Position numbers and translations under genes: made by a program. From an uncultured Nitrospiraceae bacterium (GTDB lineage Bacteria > Nitrospirota > Thermodesulfovibrionia > Thermodesulfovibrionales > Dissulfurispiraceae), in assembly GCA_963727805.1 (NCBI GenBank), contig CAVSHF010000005.1, forward strand, positions 576,001-640,000: a DNA stretch of 64,000 nucleotides, given 5' to 3'. The notes below the pieces were generated by a model, which saw only the letters and a program-made list of their open reading frames with translations, did not search any database and was not told where the DNA came from. Shown here one piece after another: positions 22,565-32,381 of this stretch. How positions within the stretch are numbered: position 1 is the stretch's first letter; each line of letters starts with the position of its first letter.

Positions 22565-23209
22565 TCATTTGACTTTTGTTACGGCCGGCATCTTAATTAC
22601 CGTTTCACAGCCATTATTTAAGATAACTGCGCCGAGTTCCATGGCTATACCCTCTATCTCCCCAGCATTGCTTGTTTCTGCAATATCGGACGACGGCACA
22701 GTCCCTCCCTCGGAAGCCAGTGTTATGCAAAAGCATCCATCCGAAAAGTGCGTACCGATAGATATAACACCGTTGCTGTTAAGGGATAACATCTTTGCTT
22801 CAATCAGGCAGAACAAAAGATAATGGAAATGTATCGGATTGAGCATAGTCGAGGGCAGTCCGCCCCTTAATTGTTTATTAAAGGAGATACGGTTTCGGTA
22901 AGCCAGTCGGGTCATCAGTGCAACCAGTTCGTCAATAAGATCATTAATATGCACAGCCACATGGTCAGCTTCCATGCGGTGGGCAAACCGAGTGAGGTAA
23001 TCGGTGATCGCCGTAGCCCGCCCTACTTGTTCGTCAACGCATCCTATAAAGCCCAAAAAATGCTTTTCGTCCAGTGCTTTGGACTTCTTTATTTCTATGA
23101 CATCTTTCATCAACCCATTGGTTTCCTTGATGATGGCGAGGTAATTCTTTACCTCATGAGTATAGCAGGATATGATCCTGCCGACAAAGGACATCCGAAG
23201 GTCTTTCAT
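22565..23209 (-). CDS. HisKA-like protein with a degenerate ATPase domain
   Basis: H-box THEVKNYLAIIKE present; N/G1/F/G2 boxes not recognisable. Confidence 0.7.
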   Translation of the reverse strand: MKDLRMSFVGRIISCYTHEVKNYLAIIKETNGLMKDVIEIKKSKALDEKHFLGFIGCVDEQVGRATAITDYLTRFAHRMEADHVAVHINDLIDELVALMTRLAYRNRISFNKQLRGGLPSTMLNPIHFHYLLFCLIEAKMLSLNSNGVISIGTHFSDGCFCITLASEGGTVPSSDIAETSNAGEIEGIAMELGAVILNNGCETVIKMPAVTKVK

Positions 23210-23580
23210 TTCAGCCTTTTCTCATACGCGCTGTCGATTTTGGCTACAAGCGTTTCTATTTCCGAAGGTTTAATGGCGTAATCCGCTGCACCATCCGCCG
23301 CCCATTCAGCAGCGCACTGCTCTGAGCCGTGCCCCGTCAGCAGGATCACCTCAGAGGAGGGGCTGATCTTTTTGATCTTTTTGAGCACCTCGACACCATT
23401 CATGCCGGGCATCTTGAGGTCGAGAAGGACAACGTCGGGCGGTTCATTCCTCACCTTGTCAAGAGCGTCCTCGGCGCAAAACACCGCATTCGCTTCATAG
23501 CCTCTTATCTGAAGCCGTTCTGCGAGAGTCGATGCAAATTCGACCTCATCGTCTACAAGGAGCACTTTTACTTTTGACAT
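23206..23580 (-). CDS. Single-domain response regulator
   Basis: VLLVDDE, LLDLKMPG, LTGHGS, KP. Confidence 0.92.
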   Translation of the reverse strand: MSKVKVLLVDDEVEFASTLAERLQIRGYEANAVFCAEDALDKVRNEPPDVVLLDLKMPGMNGVEVLKKIKKISPSSEVILLTGHGSEQCAAEWAADGAADYAIKPSEIETLVAKIDSAYEKRLK

Positions 23581-23589
23581 CGTTTCCTC

Positions 23590-25356
23590 TCACTGCGCCT
23601 CTGCGCGTACCGGTAATTCTACATGGAACGTCGTACCCACACTTACTTCACTCTCGACACGTATAGAGCCTCCCAGCCTGTCAACTATTCCATACGTGAT
23701 CGAGAGGCCAAGTCCGGTTCCCTTACCCTTTTCCTTAGTCGTATAGAAAGGCTCGAATATATGCTTGATCTTTTCTTTAGCGATACCTTGGCCATTGTCC
23801 TTGATTGAGACCCTTATCCTTTCAGGATTGTGCAATTCCGTAGAAATGATTATCAAGCCCCCATCCTCTACGGCATCGATGGCGTTGTTGATGATATTAA
23901 GAAAAACCTGCTGGAGCTGTCCCTTGTCAGATATGATCCTGGGCAAGTCTTCCTTTAAGCGTGTTTCGAGGCGAATGTTCCTGTAAAGAATCTCCTTGTC
24001 CAGAAATTCAATGACTTCTCTTATCGTATCGTTCAGATCGATCTCCTCATGCCTTACGTCCATCCGACGCGCAAACCCCAAAAGTCGCTGTGTAATAGCT
24101 TTGCACCGGGTTACACTGTCTGATATGGCCTGAATGAGACCAATAAATTTCTCCTTGTCGATATGAGAACCTTTGGACATGAGAAGGAGATCCTTCATCA
24201 AGCCAGCCTTCTCGTTGATTATTGCAAGTGGATTATTAATCTCATGGGCGACACCTGCACCTAAACGGCCGATGGAGGCAAGCCTCCCCGAATGCTGGGT
24301 CTGGGCTATGGCCTCCTCCCGTTCCAACTCCGCCTCTCTAATCCAATTCACTAACGCAATTGAAATCTTGATATTCGCAATGATACCCAAAAAGATGAGA
24401 AAAACCGCAAGATATACTGAAGCCATGTCTCTTGTCAACAAATCAAGAAGTTTTGATTGTGCTGTAGAAGCAACAGTCATGCCCAGTATCCATGGAGATT
24501 TTTTGATAGACGTGTAGCCAAAGATCAGCGGCGTGCCACCGTTCTGCCGGACGTCAGATAGTATCACATCTTCCGTTGGACGAGGGACCTCGATGGCAAT
24601 TTTTTCAAGCACATTGCCGTGATATCTCGACCGGGTCTGCAAAATGCCCTGATAGTTTATGATAAAGGCGTCGTCCCTACTCTTTAGGTTTACTATCGAT
24701 ACGTAACGATTGAGGGTCACCATATCAATAGTCGCCCTGAGTATACAGAATGTACCCTTTTCCGGCAACTCCTTCTTCACCGCAATTGCAAAATGGGGTA
24801 TTTTCCTGTAGCCCATAAAAACATCACTCACGTAGACACCTCTTACAGCCACCTCGTTGAACCAGTCCTGATTAGAGTAATTTTTGCCTTGCAGGGAATA
24901 TGGACCTGAGTAGCTTAGCTGCATGCCTTTGGAATCGATCAAGCCGAGATCGACTAGTTCCCCAAACTCTCTCTTGAATTTTATGAAAATATCATTAAGA
25001 TATTTTTCATCGGACAATTGCACAAAAGAATTAGCAGCAGCAAGAAACCTCAGGGCCGATATGCGCTCGTCTATAAAAAACTCAACAGACTGCCGGGTGC
25101 TTTCTATATTCCCTCTCATCTGGTTGTTGAAGTCCTCTTTAAAAGCCCCTTGAAGCGAGAGATAACTAAGGATCGTTATCATTATGAGAGGGACGCCAGC
25201 CAAAGTACCTATAAGGAGAAAAATCCTAATTTTAAGAGTTGTATAGCGGTCTTTCGAAAGAGAGGGAACAGACGTAGACGACGGATCTGTATGCAGCAGC
25301 TTCCTGTAGCGGGTTATCATCTTCTGAACCAGCCCATTAGGTCGTTCATCTGTCAT
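23590..25356 (-). CDS. Membrane sensor histidine kinase (Cache-HisKA-HATPase)
   Basis: Two TMs, GVAHEINNPL, QQVFLNIINNAIDA, DNGQG, FEPFYTTK..GTGLGL. Confidence 0.92.
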   Translation of the reverse strand: MTDERPNGLVQKMITRYRKLLHTDPSSTSVPSLSKDRYTTLKIRIFLLIGTLAGVPLIMITILSYLSLQGAFKEDFNNQMRGNIESTRQSVEFFIDERISALRFLAAANSFVQLSDEKYLNDIFIKFKREFGELVDLGLIDSKGMQLSYSGPYSLQGKNYSNQDWFNEVAVRGVYVSDVFMGYRKIPHFAIAVKKELPEKGTFCILRATIDMVTLNRYVSIVNLKSRDDAFIINYQGILQTRSRYHGNVLEKIAIEVPRPTEDVILSDVRQNGGTPLIFGYTSIKKSPWILGMTVASTAQSKLLDLLTRDMASVYLAVFLIFLGIIANIKISIALVNWIREAELEREEAIAQTQHSGRLASIGRLGAGVAHEINNPLAIINEKAGLMKDLLLMSKGSHIDKEKFIGLIQAISDSVTRCKAITQRLLGFARRMDVRHEEIDLNDTIREVIEFLDKEILYRNIRLETRLKEDLPRIISDKGQLQQVFLNIINNAIDAVEDGGLIIISTELHNPERIRVSIKDNGQGIAKEKIKHIFEPFYTTKEKGKGTGLGLSITYGIVDRLGGSIRVESEVSVGTTFHVELPVRAEAQ

Positions 25357-25559
25357 CGTAGTAAGATTACCCTCAACTTACACAAATCCCTTTGCATGCG
25401 CCTCAATTAAAATCACCTTGTCGCATTATAATACTTTAAAGTTAATCAATCGCACAACAGTAATACACAAATAATAACGATGTTAATTTCTTCTTAGTGC
25501 CATTATCGTTGTTGGAATATTTTATTAAAATGCTGGGTTAGGCTATCATACACTAGACA

Positions 25560-25960
25560 GTAGGATTATTATACGGATGCGACCAGAAAACCGTCGAACT
25601 TTCGTGTGGAGAGCAGCAGCGCGTAACTGTAGCGAGGAAGTTGCTGTTGTAACTCCACGTTGTTCTTGCCAACTAACCGACGTGCAATGTCGATACAGCA
25701 ACGGGTGAACCCCTTTTCAGAGAACTCATCGACATCAACTAAAAGCAAGGTGTTACATTTGTCATCTTAACGCACAACGAATCGCTCTCCAAGAGGTGCT
25801 ATCGCGTCATCAAGATGATTGATGTGATATTATTGAATCGTCAGGGGGTAATGGGCTATGATATACCTTAACTTTTCCGTTAAGGAGGGATTGCCATAAA
25901 ACTTTTGTTGTCAGATGTTTCCACCAAAGAGATAGAACCTTCAAAACTGAATAAAACAGC
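25560..25960 (+). pseudogene. Decayed copy of the lolD 3' end, intergenic region and thrS 5' end
   Basis: Aligns by eye to the reverse complement of ~54590-54990 (e.g. GGGGGTAATGGGCTATGATATACCTTA identical), with stop codons and substitutions; ends approximate. Confidence 0.85.
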
Positions 25961-26066
25961 GAGCATCATCCTTGATAAAATCAAGTGGGTACATGTACCT
26001 ATTTTGTATGTTCCTGTTTAACACAATTATAGTGTTTTAAATACTAAAGGAGGTCTTATTGTAGTT

Positions 26067-27107
26067 ATGGCAAAAAATACTTTCCCATCTCTGCCCAAAC
26101 AACGGATTCCGGACATATTCAACCGTGTCCGAAAGCTTCGAGTCTCTCGTACCGTCATAGTTTGTTTGATCGCGCTGGCATTAACAGTGCTGCTATGCCT
26201 GTCTATTGCACTAGCCTCACCTGAAGCAACGCAGGCAGTTCAGGAGGGCGTTAAGTCATCCATGCCCTGGTGGGCATGGCCTCTGATACTTTTTGTAGTT
26301 ACCTTTTTTCTCGGCATAGTGGCCGTACTCGGAGGAGTAGGAGGCGGGGTTCTTTACGTGCCGATCATCGGTGGTTTCTTCCCGTTCCATCTTGATTTTG
26401 TAAGGGGCGCGGGACTCCTTGTGGCACTCGCCGGTGCACTCGCTGCAGGTCCCGGTCTTCTGAAGAAGGGCATGGCAGACCTGAGGCTTTCCCTTCCTAT
26501 CGGCATCATCGCTTCGGCCTGCGCCATCGTCGGCGCGATGATCGGACTTGCGCTTCCGACGAATGTCGTCCAGACTGCTTTAGGAGCGACAATACTTGGC
26601 ATAGTTTTTATAATGCTCCTAGCCAAGAAATCGGAATATCCCGAGGTAAAGCAGGCTGACGCACTCTCCACGGCACTCAGGATTAACGGCATATATCATG
26701 AACCGTCAAGCGGGCACGATGTCAACTGGAAGGTCCACCGGACCCCTCAGGCGCTTGCAACATTTATCCTGATCGGCATAATGGCAGGCATGTTCGGAAT
26801 GGGCGCAGGATGGGCGAATGTGCCGGTACTCAATATGATGATGGGCGCGCCTCTGAAGGTCTCCGTTGCGACGAGCAAGTTTCTGCTCTCCATCACCGAC
26901 ACCTCAGCAGCATGGATTTATGTGAACAACGGGGCCGTGCTTCCGATGATCGTCGTCCCGTCTATAATCGGGATAATGCTCGGCTCGCTTGTGGGCGTGA
27001 GGATTCTCTCAAGAACAAAGCCAGCCGCCATCAGGTATATCGTTATTACCATGCTGCTTTTCGCAGGCCTTAGGGCGTTGCTTAAAGGTCTTGGCATATG
27101 GACTTAG
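26067..27107 (+). CDS. TSUP (TauE/SafE) family transporter
   Basis: Multiple TMs, GVGGGVLYVP and GMGAGWANVP repeats; SD AAGGAGG. Confidence 0.88.
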   Translation: MAKNTFPSLPKQRIPDIFNRVRKLRVSRTVIVCLIALALTVLLCLSIALASPEATQAVQEGVKSSMPWWAWPLILFVVTFFLGIVAVLGGVGGGVLYVPIIGGFFPFHLDFVRGAGLLVALAGALAAGPGLLKKGMADLRLSLPIGIIASACAIVGAMIGLALPTNVVQTALGATILGIVFIMLLAKKSEYPEVKQADALSTALRINGIYHEPSSGHDVNWKVHRTPQALATFILIGIMAGMFGMGAGWANVPVLNMMMGAPLKVSVATSKFLLSITDTSAAWIYVNNGAVLPMIVVPSIIGIMLGSLVGVRILSRTKPAAIRYIVITMLLFAGLRALLKGLGIWT

Positions 27108-27121
27108 ATAAGGAGGATTAA

Positions 27122-27538
27122 ATGTCAAACAAATTGAAAGCTACCGAAGAACAACTCGCTTACGCAGCACTCCTCGATAAGGGGATGAAAATCGGGCTTC
27201 TCATGCTGATAATCACCTTTATTATCTACTTGACCGGCATCCTGTCGCCGTATGTGCCGGTCAACGACCTTCCCAAATACTGGATCATGCCGGTGCATTC
27301 CTATCTTGAACAGACAGGGATACATCCCGGCTGGGCATGGCTCTACCTGCTTGATAAAGGGGATTTTCTTAACTTTACCGGGATTGCCTTCCTTGCTGCT
27401 GTGACCCTTATCTGCTTTGTCAGGATTATCCCAATACTGTTCAGGAAAAAGGATACGATCTACGGTATTATCGCCATTCTAGAACTTCTGGTGCTTTCAC
27501 TTGCGGCATCCGGAGTATTGAAAACAGGAGGTCATTGA
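27122..27538 (+). CDS. Membrane protein, DUF1634-like TSUP partner
   Basis: 3 TMs, GDFLNFTGIAFLA; directly follows the TSUP gene. Confidence 0.7.
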   Translation: MSNKLKATEEQLAYAALLDKGMKIGLLMLIITFIIYLTGILSPYVPVNDLPKYWIMPVHSYLEQTGIHPGWAWLYLLDKGDFLNFTGIAFLAAVTLICFVRIIPILFRKKDTIYGIIAILELLVLSLAASGVLKTGGH

Positions 27539-27678
27539 ACCAGAACAGTATTGTATAGAGCCCCCGGCATTCACTCTATTTGAAATGAAACCGACGGACT
27601 GTTCATGGTTGAATGGAAATAAAGTTTAACATTTAGCCAAAAATATCTTAATATATAGTATAAGGTAAGGAGGTTTTG

Positions 27679-28137
27679 GTGAAAAGAAATAAAGACATAA
27701 AAGTACTGCTGGTCGACGACGAGGAAGCATTTGTCAATACCCTCGCACAACGTTTGAAAATGAGGGAACTTAACGTAGAAACCGTCTATGACGGAGAGCA
27801 GGCACTCGCACAGGTTAAATCAAAGGAGCCCGATGTCATGGTGCTCGACCTGAAAATGCCCGGGCTTCACGGGATGGATGTGCTCAGAGAAATTCGAAAA
27901 TCGTACCCCAATATGCAGGTCATAATCCTTACCGGACACGGGACTGAGAAAGACGAGGAGGAGGCAAGACGGCTGGGGGGATTCGACTTCCTGAGAAAAC
28001 CCGCCGATATCGATAAACTCATCGGGAAAATTAAGGAAGCATATGCTGAAAAGCTCGAAAGAGCGATGACAGCAATCGCTTTTGCCGAAGAAGGTGAGTT
28101 CGACACTGCGAGAAAAATCATAAGAGAAGAAGAATAA
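27679..28137 (+). CDS. Response regulator receiver with a C-terminal AIAFAEEGEFDTAR tail
   Basis: VLLVDDE, VLDLKMPG, LTGHG, KP; SD AGGAGG. Confidence 0.9.
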   Translation: MKRNKDIKVLLVDDEEAFVNTLAQRLKMRELNVETVYDGEQALAQVKSKEPDVMVLDLKMPGLHGMDVLREIRKSYPNMQVIILTGHGTEKDEEEARRLGGFDFLRKPADIDKLIGKIKEAYAEKLERAMTAIAFAEEGEFDTARKIIREEE

Positions 28138-28163
28138 TTTTCCTTTGAAAACTGCAAGGCACC

Positions 28164-28544
28164 ATGACTAACGAGTTGCTAGCGAACATCCTTCTGGTCG
28201 ATGACGAGGAAAGGTTTGTCGAGATTCTGGCTCAGCGTCTTCAGGCTCGTGGCCTAATCATAGATGTAGCCACGACAGGCGAAAAAGCAATCGCCCTGAC
28301 AAAAGCAAAAGATTTCGACGCGGTCCTTCTGGACCTCTCGATGCCTGGGATGGACGGGATTGAGGTATTGAGAGCTATGAAAAAGACGAATCCGCTGCTC
28401 CAGGTTATCATCCTTACAGGCCAGGGCTCAATTCAGGCAACCGTCGAGGTCATGAAAGAAGGCGCCATGGACTTCATGGAAAAGCCAGTAGATATCAATA
28501 AGCTCCTTGAAAAGATAACAGAGGCTAAACTTAGAAGATCGTAG
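28164..28544 (+). CDS. Single-domain response regulator
   Basis: ILLVDDE, LLDLSMPG, LTGQG, KP. Confidence 0.9.
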   Translation: MTNELLANILLVDDEERFVEILAQRLQARGLIIDVATTGEKAIALTKAKDFDAVLLDLSMPGMDGIEVLRAMKKTNPLLQVIILTGQGSIQATVEVMKEGAMDFMEKPVDINKLLEKITEAKLRRS

Positions 28545-29376
28545 AAGCAGCGAAGCTTTTCATTCCCGACGCCAGCAGCAATTTTTATGCTTACTGTAGT
28601 AAACGGATTCATCAGCCTCCGGAAAACAAACCATGGTCTCGGAGGCCGATTCGTTATCAGAGGACATCCTCCACTGCAGAACTATCGTCTAGCATGGATG
28701 CTTCAATTGCACAATAAAAATATCTGTTGCGTAAAGCATTTCCCTTGTGTTGAGCTCTGTGCTGAAGCCGGATCATCAAATCACCTGCCTTCATATCGGT
28801 CCACTGTTAGCCTGCGGATCTCGCCGCGGCTATCGACGAACAAAGTATCTGAGTCAAACACATAGCGTACCGATTCGGTGTAGATAAGTCCTCTGCATCG
28901 CTTTTAAAGAAGACGACCGGGATTCACTTTATTTCTAAAAAGGTCTCTTGATAATTATGGTCTTAACAAAGGAAAGACTAAAGGCTGGCTTTTCCCCTCC
29001 AGACAGCCGCTCTCAATGGATGCTGCTGTAAATCATTCCTTCAGGTATGTGGTTATATCCCTTGAGTATAAATATTAATCATTCCCTCAAGTCTACGACA
29101 CATGACTCAGATACCAAAAACTATTGATGGATATGCTGAAATGAAGTCTTGCAGATTTGCGACTGAAAGCCCGATAGGCTCCAATTCAAAGCGAAAGCAG
29201 GTATGCTCGGATTGGCGGAATTTTAAGACAATTAAGATAAATCTAAGAGTTAGGAAATTTTAATTCACAATTTTTCATAATTTCTTCGCTACAATTTCAC
29301 ATTTATGTGTTAATGTTGTGATGAGTGCGAGGTACGTTCCTGAACAAAAAAGAAATTCATTGATAAAATATATTTA

Positions 29377-30193
29377 GAACCTATCTCAAAATCGTTTGAG
29401 TAGCATGCATATAGACGCAAGCTGCACAAGACCGAGGAAATTCTCGGGGTAGTAGTCCCAGCGAACAAGGAGAGGACGATGCCATTGAAGCCAGGCCCAG
29501 AAACGTTCAACTATCCAGCGTCTCTTATATCGACGAAGTTTTCTTCCGTCCTGCGTCGGGTCTTTAACACGATTGGATTTGTGAGGAGCTATCATATCAA
29601 TACCTCGTTTGCCAAGATCAGCATCCAGGTCGTCGCTGTCATACGCCTTGTCGCCAATAAGCTTCTCGGGCTTCGCTTCTATCATATAAAAATCAAATGT
29701 CAGCTGAACCAATGTCACTTCATGATGATTCGCCGCATGAGTACAAACGGCAAGCGGAAGTCCATGCCTGTCAACGATTCCCATGATCTTTACGCCCTTG
29801 CCGCGCTTCGTTTTGCCGATGTCGGCACCACCGCCTTTGGCAGAGGCAAAGGTAGCATCTATAAAGCTTTCCCGTTCATCTATTTCTCCTTGCTCTCTCA
29901 GCGCATTGGCGAGGCTTGTCAGGACATTGCGAAGCACTTCGCTTCTACACCACTGCTGAAAACGACGATGAACTGTTTTGTAATTCGGAAAGCTCTGTGG
30001 CAACATGTGCCATTGCGCTCCAGTATTCAATATCCACAGAACAGCTTCCAAAACTTTGCGCGTAGGAACAGGTTTTCGACCAGCACGGCCATCTGGAATG
30101 TTCTCCTCAGGAAAGTGCTCTCGTATCAATTCCCATTGTGCATCACTCAAACGCATCCTTTATGATACATCATTTTAATTTTGAGATAGGTTC
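29377..30193 (-). mobile_element. IS5-family insertion sequence (~817 bp)
   Basis: Perfect IR GAACCTATCTCAAAAT / ATTTTGAGATAGGTTC, flanked by TA on both sides (probable 2-bp duplication; ends +/-2 bp). Confidence 0.9.
29386..30156 (-). CDS. IS5-family transposase
   Basis: LSDAQWE, TGAQW..LP, IDAT, GDKAYD, RRWIVERFWAW. Confidence 0.92.
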   Translation of the reverse strand: MRLSDAQWELIREHFPEENIPDGRAGRKPVPTRKVLEAVLWILNTGAQWHMLPQSFPNYKTVHRRFQQWCRSEVLRNVLTSLANALREQGEIDERESFIDATFASAKGGGADIGKTKRGKGVKIMGIVDRHGLPLAVCTHAANHHEVTLVQLTFDFYMIEAKPEKLIGDKAYDSDDLDADLGKRGIDMIAPHKSNRVKDPTQDGRKLRRYKRRWIVERFWAWLQWHRPLLVRWDYYPENFLGLVQLASICMLLKRF

Positions 30194-30271
30194 TAATAAC
30201 AAGTTGTTGAGATCCAATACGATGGGGCGGTACATATACAAACGAAACGTTCCACGCAAAGGAGGTTGGAA

Positions 30272-30754
30272 ATGAAGAAAAGCTTGTCTGTTTTTGTCCT
30301 TATTGTCTTGGTGCTGTTTTCAGTAAGCATGCTACCTGGAAATGCCATCGCAGCAGACGGTCATGGCGGGGGAGGTCATGGATGGGGTCATGGGGGAGGT
30401 CATGGATGGGGTCATGGCGGAGGTCATGGATGGGGTCTTGGATGGGGTCTTGGATGGGGTCCGTGGTGGGGTTATGGATGGGGTTATCCCTATTATCCCT
30501 ATTATCCCTACTATCCTTATTATCCTTACTATGATGCTCCTGCCGCTGTCTACCAGCAGCAGCCGGCATATGAGGAGGCAACACCACGACGAGAGGAGCA
30601 GAGTTACTGGTATTTCTGCACGAAACCCCAAGGCTACTATCCATACGTGAAAAAATGCCCTAGCGGTTGGCTGAAGGTTGTACCTTCTTCAGCTCCACCT
30701 GATCAGGAGATGAATAGTGCACCTTATCCGGATTTGCCGGATCAGAGGCGGTGA
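30272..30754 (+). CDS. Secreted Gly/His/Trp/Tyr/Pro low-complexity protein
   Basis: Signal peptide, GHGWGHGGG and PYY repeats, C-terminal YWYFCxxPxGYYPYVxxCPxGW. Confidence 0.8.
   Translation: MKKSLSVFVLIVLVLFSVSMLPGNAIAADGHGGGGHGWGHGGGHGWGHGGGHGWGLGWGLGWGPWWGYGWGYPYYPYYPYYPYYPYYDAPAAVYQQQPAYEEATPRREEQSYWYFCTKPQGYYPYVKKCPSGWLKVVPSSAPPDQEMNSAPYPDLPDQRR
30359..30532 (+). repeat. Intragenic tandem repeats (27-, 12- and 9-bp units)
   Basis: GGTCATGGATGGGGTCATGGNGGA-type units, GGTCTTGGATGG x2, CCNTANTAT x5. Confidence 0.85.
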
Positions 30755-30758
30755 GGAT

Positions 30759-31322
30759 ATGATGAAAGGCAGAGAAAGTGTCTTTCCATTTTTTATGGTC
30801 TTACTTGTGCTGCTGACGATGGGCGGGTGTGCGACCGTCCCTACTGGTCCTAGCGTAATGTCATTACCAGCCCCGGGGAAACCGTTTGAGGAATTCCAGG
30901 CCGATGACGCCACTTGCAGGCAGTGGGCGGCACAACAGATTGGACAGAGTCCGCAGGAGACGGTCACCCAGAATACCGCCACAGGGGCAGTTGTTGGTAC
31001 GGCCATCGGCGCTGGTCTCGGTGCCGCCATCGGGGCTGCGTCGGGACATATGGGGACTGGCGCAGCCATCGGAGCTGGAAGTGGACTTCTCGTTGGGACG
31101 GCGTCAGGCGCCAATGCGGGGCAAGTATACGGCTGGCAAGCGCAACGGCGATATGATAACGCATATATCCAATGCATGTATGCCAAGGGGAACCAGGTGC
31201 CCGGAGCGGGACCGACTTATCAGTCTCACCGCGTCCGGAGAATTCCGCCACCTCCACCCCCAGATCTCGGCTCTGAGCCTCCAATCTATGAGGCTCCTCC
31301 TGCGCTGCCTCCAGTGCAATAG
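30759..31322 (+). CDS. Glycine-zipper lipoprotein
   Basis: Lipobox MGGC, GAVVGTAIGAGLGAAIG zipper, YIQCMYAKGN, Pro-rich tail. Confidence 0.82.
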   Translation: MMKGRESVFPFFMVLLVLLTMGGCATVPTGPSVMSLPAPGKPFEEFQADDATCRQWAAQQIGQSPQETVTQNTATGAVVGTAIGAGLGAAIGAASGHMGTGAAIGAGSGLLVGTASGANAGQVYGWQAQRRYDNAYIQCMYAKGNQVPGAGPTYQSHRVRRIPPPPPPDLGSEPPIYEAPPALPPVQ

Positions 31323-31563
31323 CGGGGCTCGACGAGCGGAGTTTGTGGATTATTGCATGATAAGGAAGGGCAGGGCGAATGTCGTGTGCTGCACCGGCTG
31401 GATTGCTATCGAATAGAAGAAAGCGATTTGAGCGGGTTCACTGTAATTTTCAATCCAACGATTGTGACTGAAGGTTCGGCGAATTTGGCAATTTCGTGAG
31501 ATGCAATCACTCACGGACGCAGCCGCCGGTTTGTTTTGGTATATTTTACCATGTATATCTGCC

Positions 31564-31600
31564 GAAAAAGGGCCAGTCCATTGAAGGACGGCCCTTTTTC
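31564..31600. terminator. Probable bidirectional intrinsic terminator
   Basis: GAAAAAGGGCC..GGCCCTTTTTC hairpin between convergent genes. Confidence 0.7.
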
Positions 31601-31671
31601 TGTTTCAGTTGACTCCCGCCCGGTTATCTGATGTTGCAATCCGACGGATTCGATATTTTCTGCAGGGTAGG

Positions 31672-32112
31672 TTATTCCACCTTTTCCAATTCGTTGCCAC
31701 ACCTGCATTTCCCCGGTCTATCCGAGATAGTATTGCAATCGCATCCCGGACCGCAGTTACAAACATACAATCCCTTTAGGCTCACTCTCTTTACATTTTT
31801 GCCGCAGCCGCATTTTGTGGGATCGGCTTCGTTAATTTTGCAATCACATTCTTTCCCGCATGTACAAAGTATCGCCACTCCTTTTTCTATCTTAAGAACA
31901 TGCATCGGCACAAGATCCTGTCCGCAACTGCATTTCCCTGGCTTTGTCGACACAGTATTGCACTTGCATTGATCACCGCAATTGCAGACGTAGAGCAGGC
32001 TGCCTTCAGTGACAATAGTCTTCGTCTCCTCATTCTTCTGTGCGGCAAACGAGATAACGACGCATGTCGCTACTGCTAACAGAGTTACCAGGAACGTTAA
32101 TTTAAGCTTCAT
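31672..32112 (-). CDS. Secreted cysteine-rich protein with three CxCGxxCxC-x9-CxCG repeats
   Basis: Signal peptide (..SFA-AQ); 18 Cys in three regular units. Confidence 0.8.
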   Translation of the reverse strand: MKLKLTFLVTLLAVATCVVISFAAQKNEETKTIVTEGSLLYVCNCGDQCKCNTVSTKPGKCSCGQDLVPMHVLKIEKGVAILCTCGKECDCKINEADPTKCGCGKNVKRVSLKGLYVCNCGPGCDCNTISDRPGKCRCGNELEKVE

Positions 32113-32381
32113 AAAACACCCCCATGCACAAATTTATTTAGACCGATTGTTTGAAGTCTAATATATATGCCCGACCGTATCAAGCGATAACCGAACAACA
32201 TCTTTCTGGTCCTTTTTCTTACTTTTTTTAGACACGAATATGGTCTTTGATGAGCCGGATTTGTAAGCCTCCCTTAAGTGTGATTCAAGAGATTCTTTCT
32301 TTTTTAGCTATATTCCATCGAAAATGCAAAGTAATCGTCTTCGTAGCTCGGTAAGTTAATGAAAGTAGTGACAGCTGCAGA

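Noticed and set aside
28545..29370. Long intergenic region as ncRNA or CDS (28587-28865)
   Set aside because: No convincing structure, SD or motif; an Rfam/blastx search would be needed.
29479..30165. 228-aa plus-strand ORF
   Set aside because: Antisense shadow of the IS5 transposase with no recognisable motifs.
30359..30532. Tandem repeats as a CRISPR array
   Set aside because: No unique spacers; units are multiples of 3 inside a coding region; no cas genes in the window.
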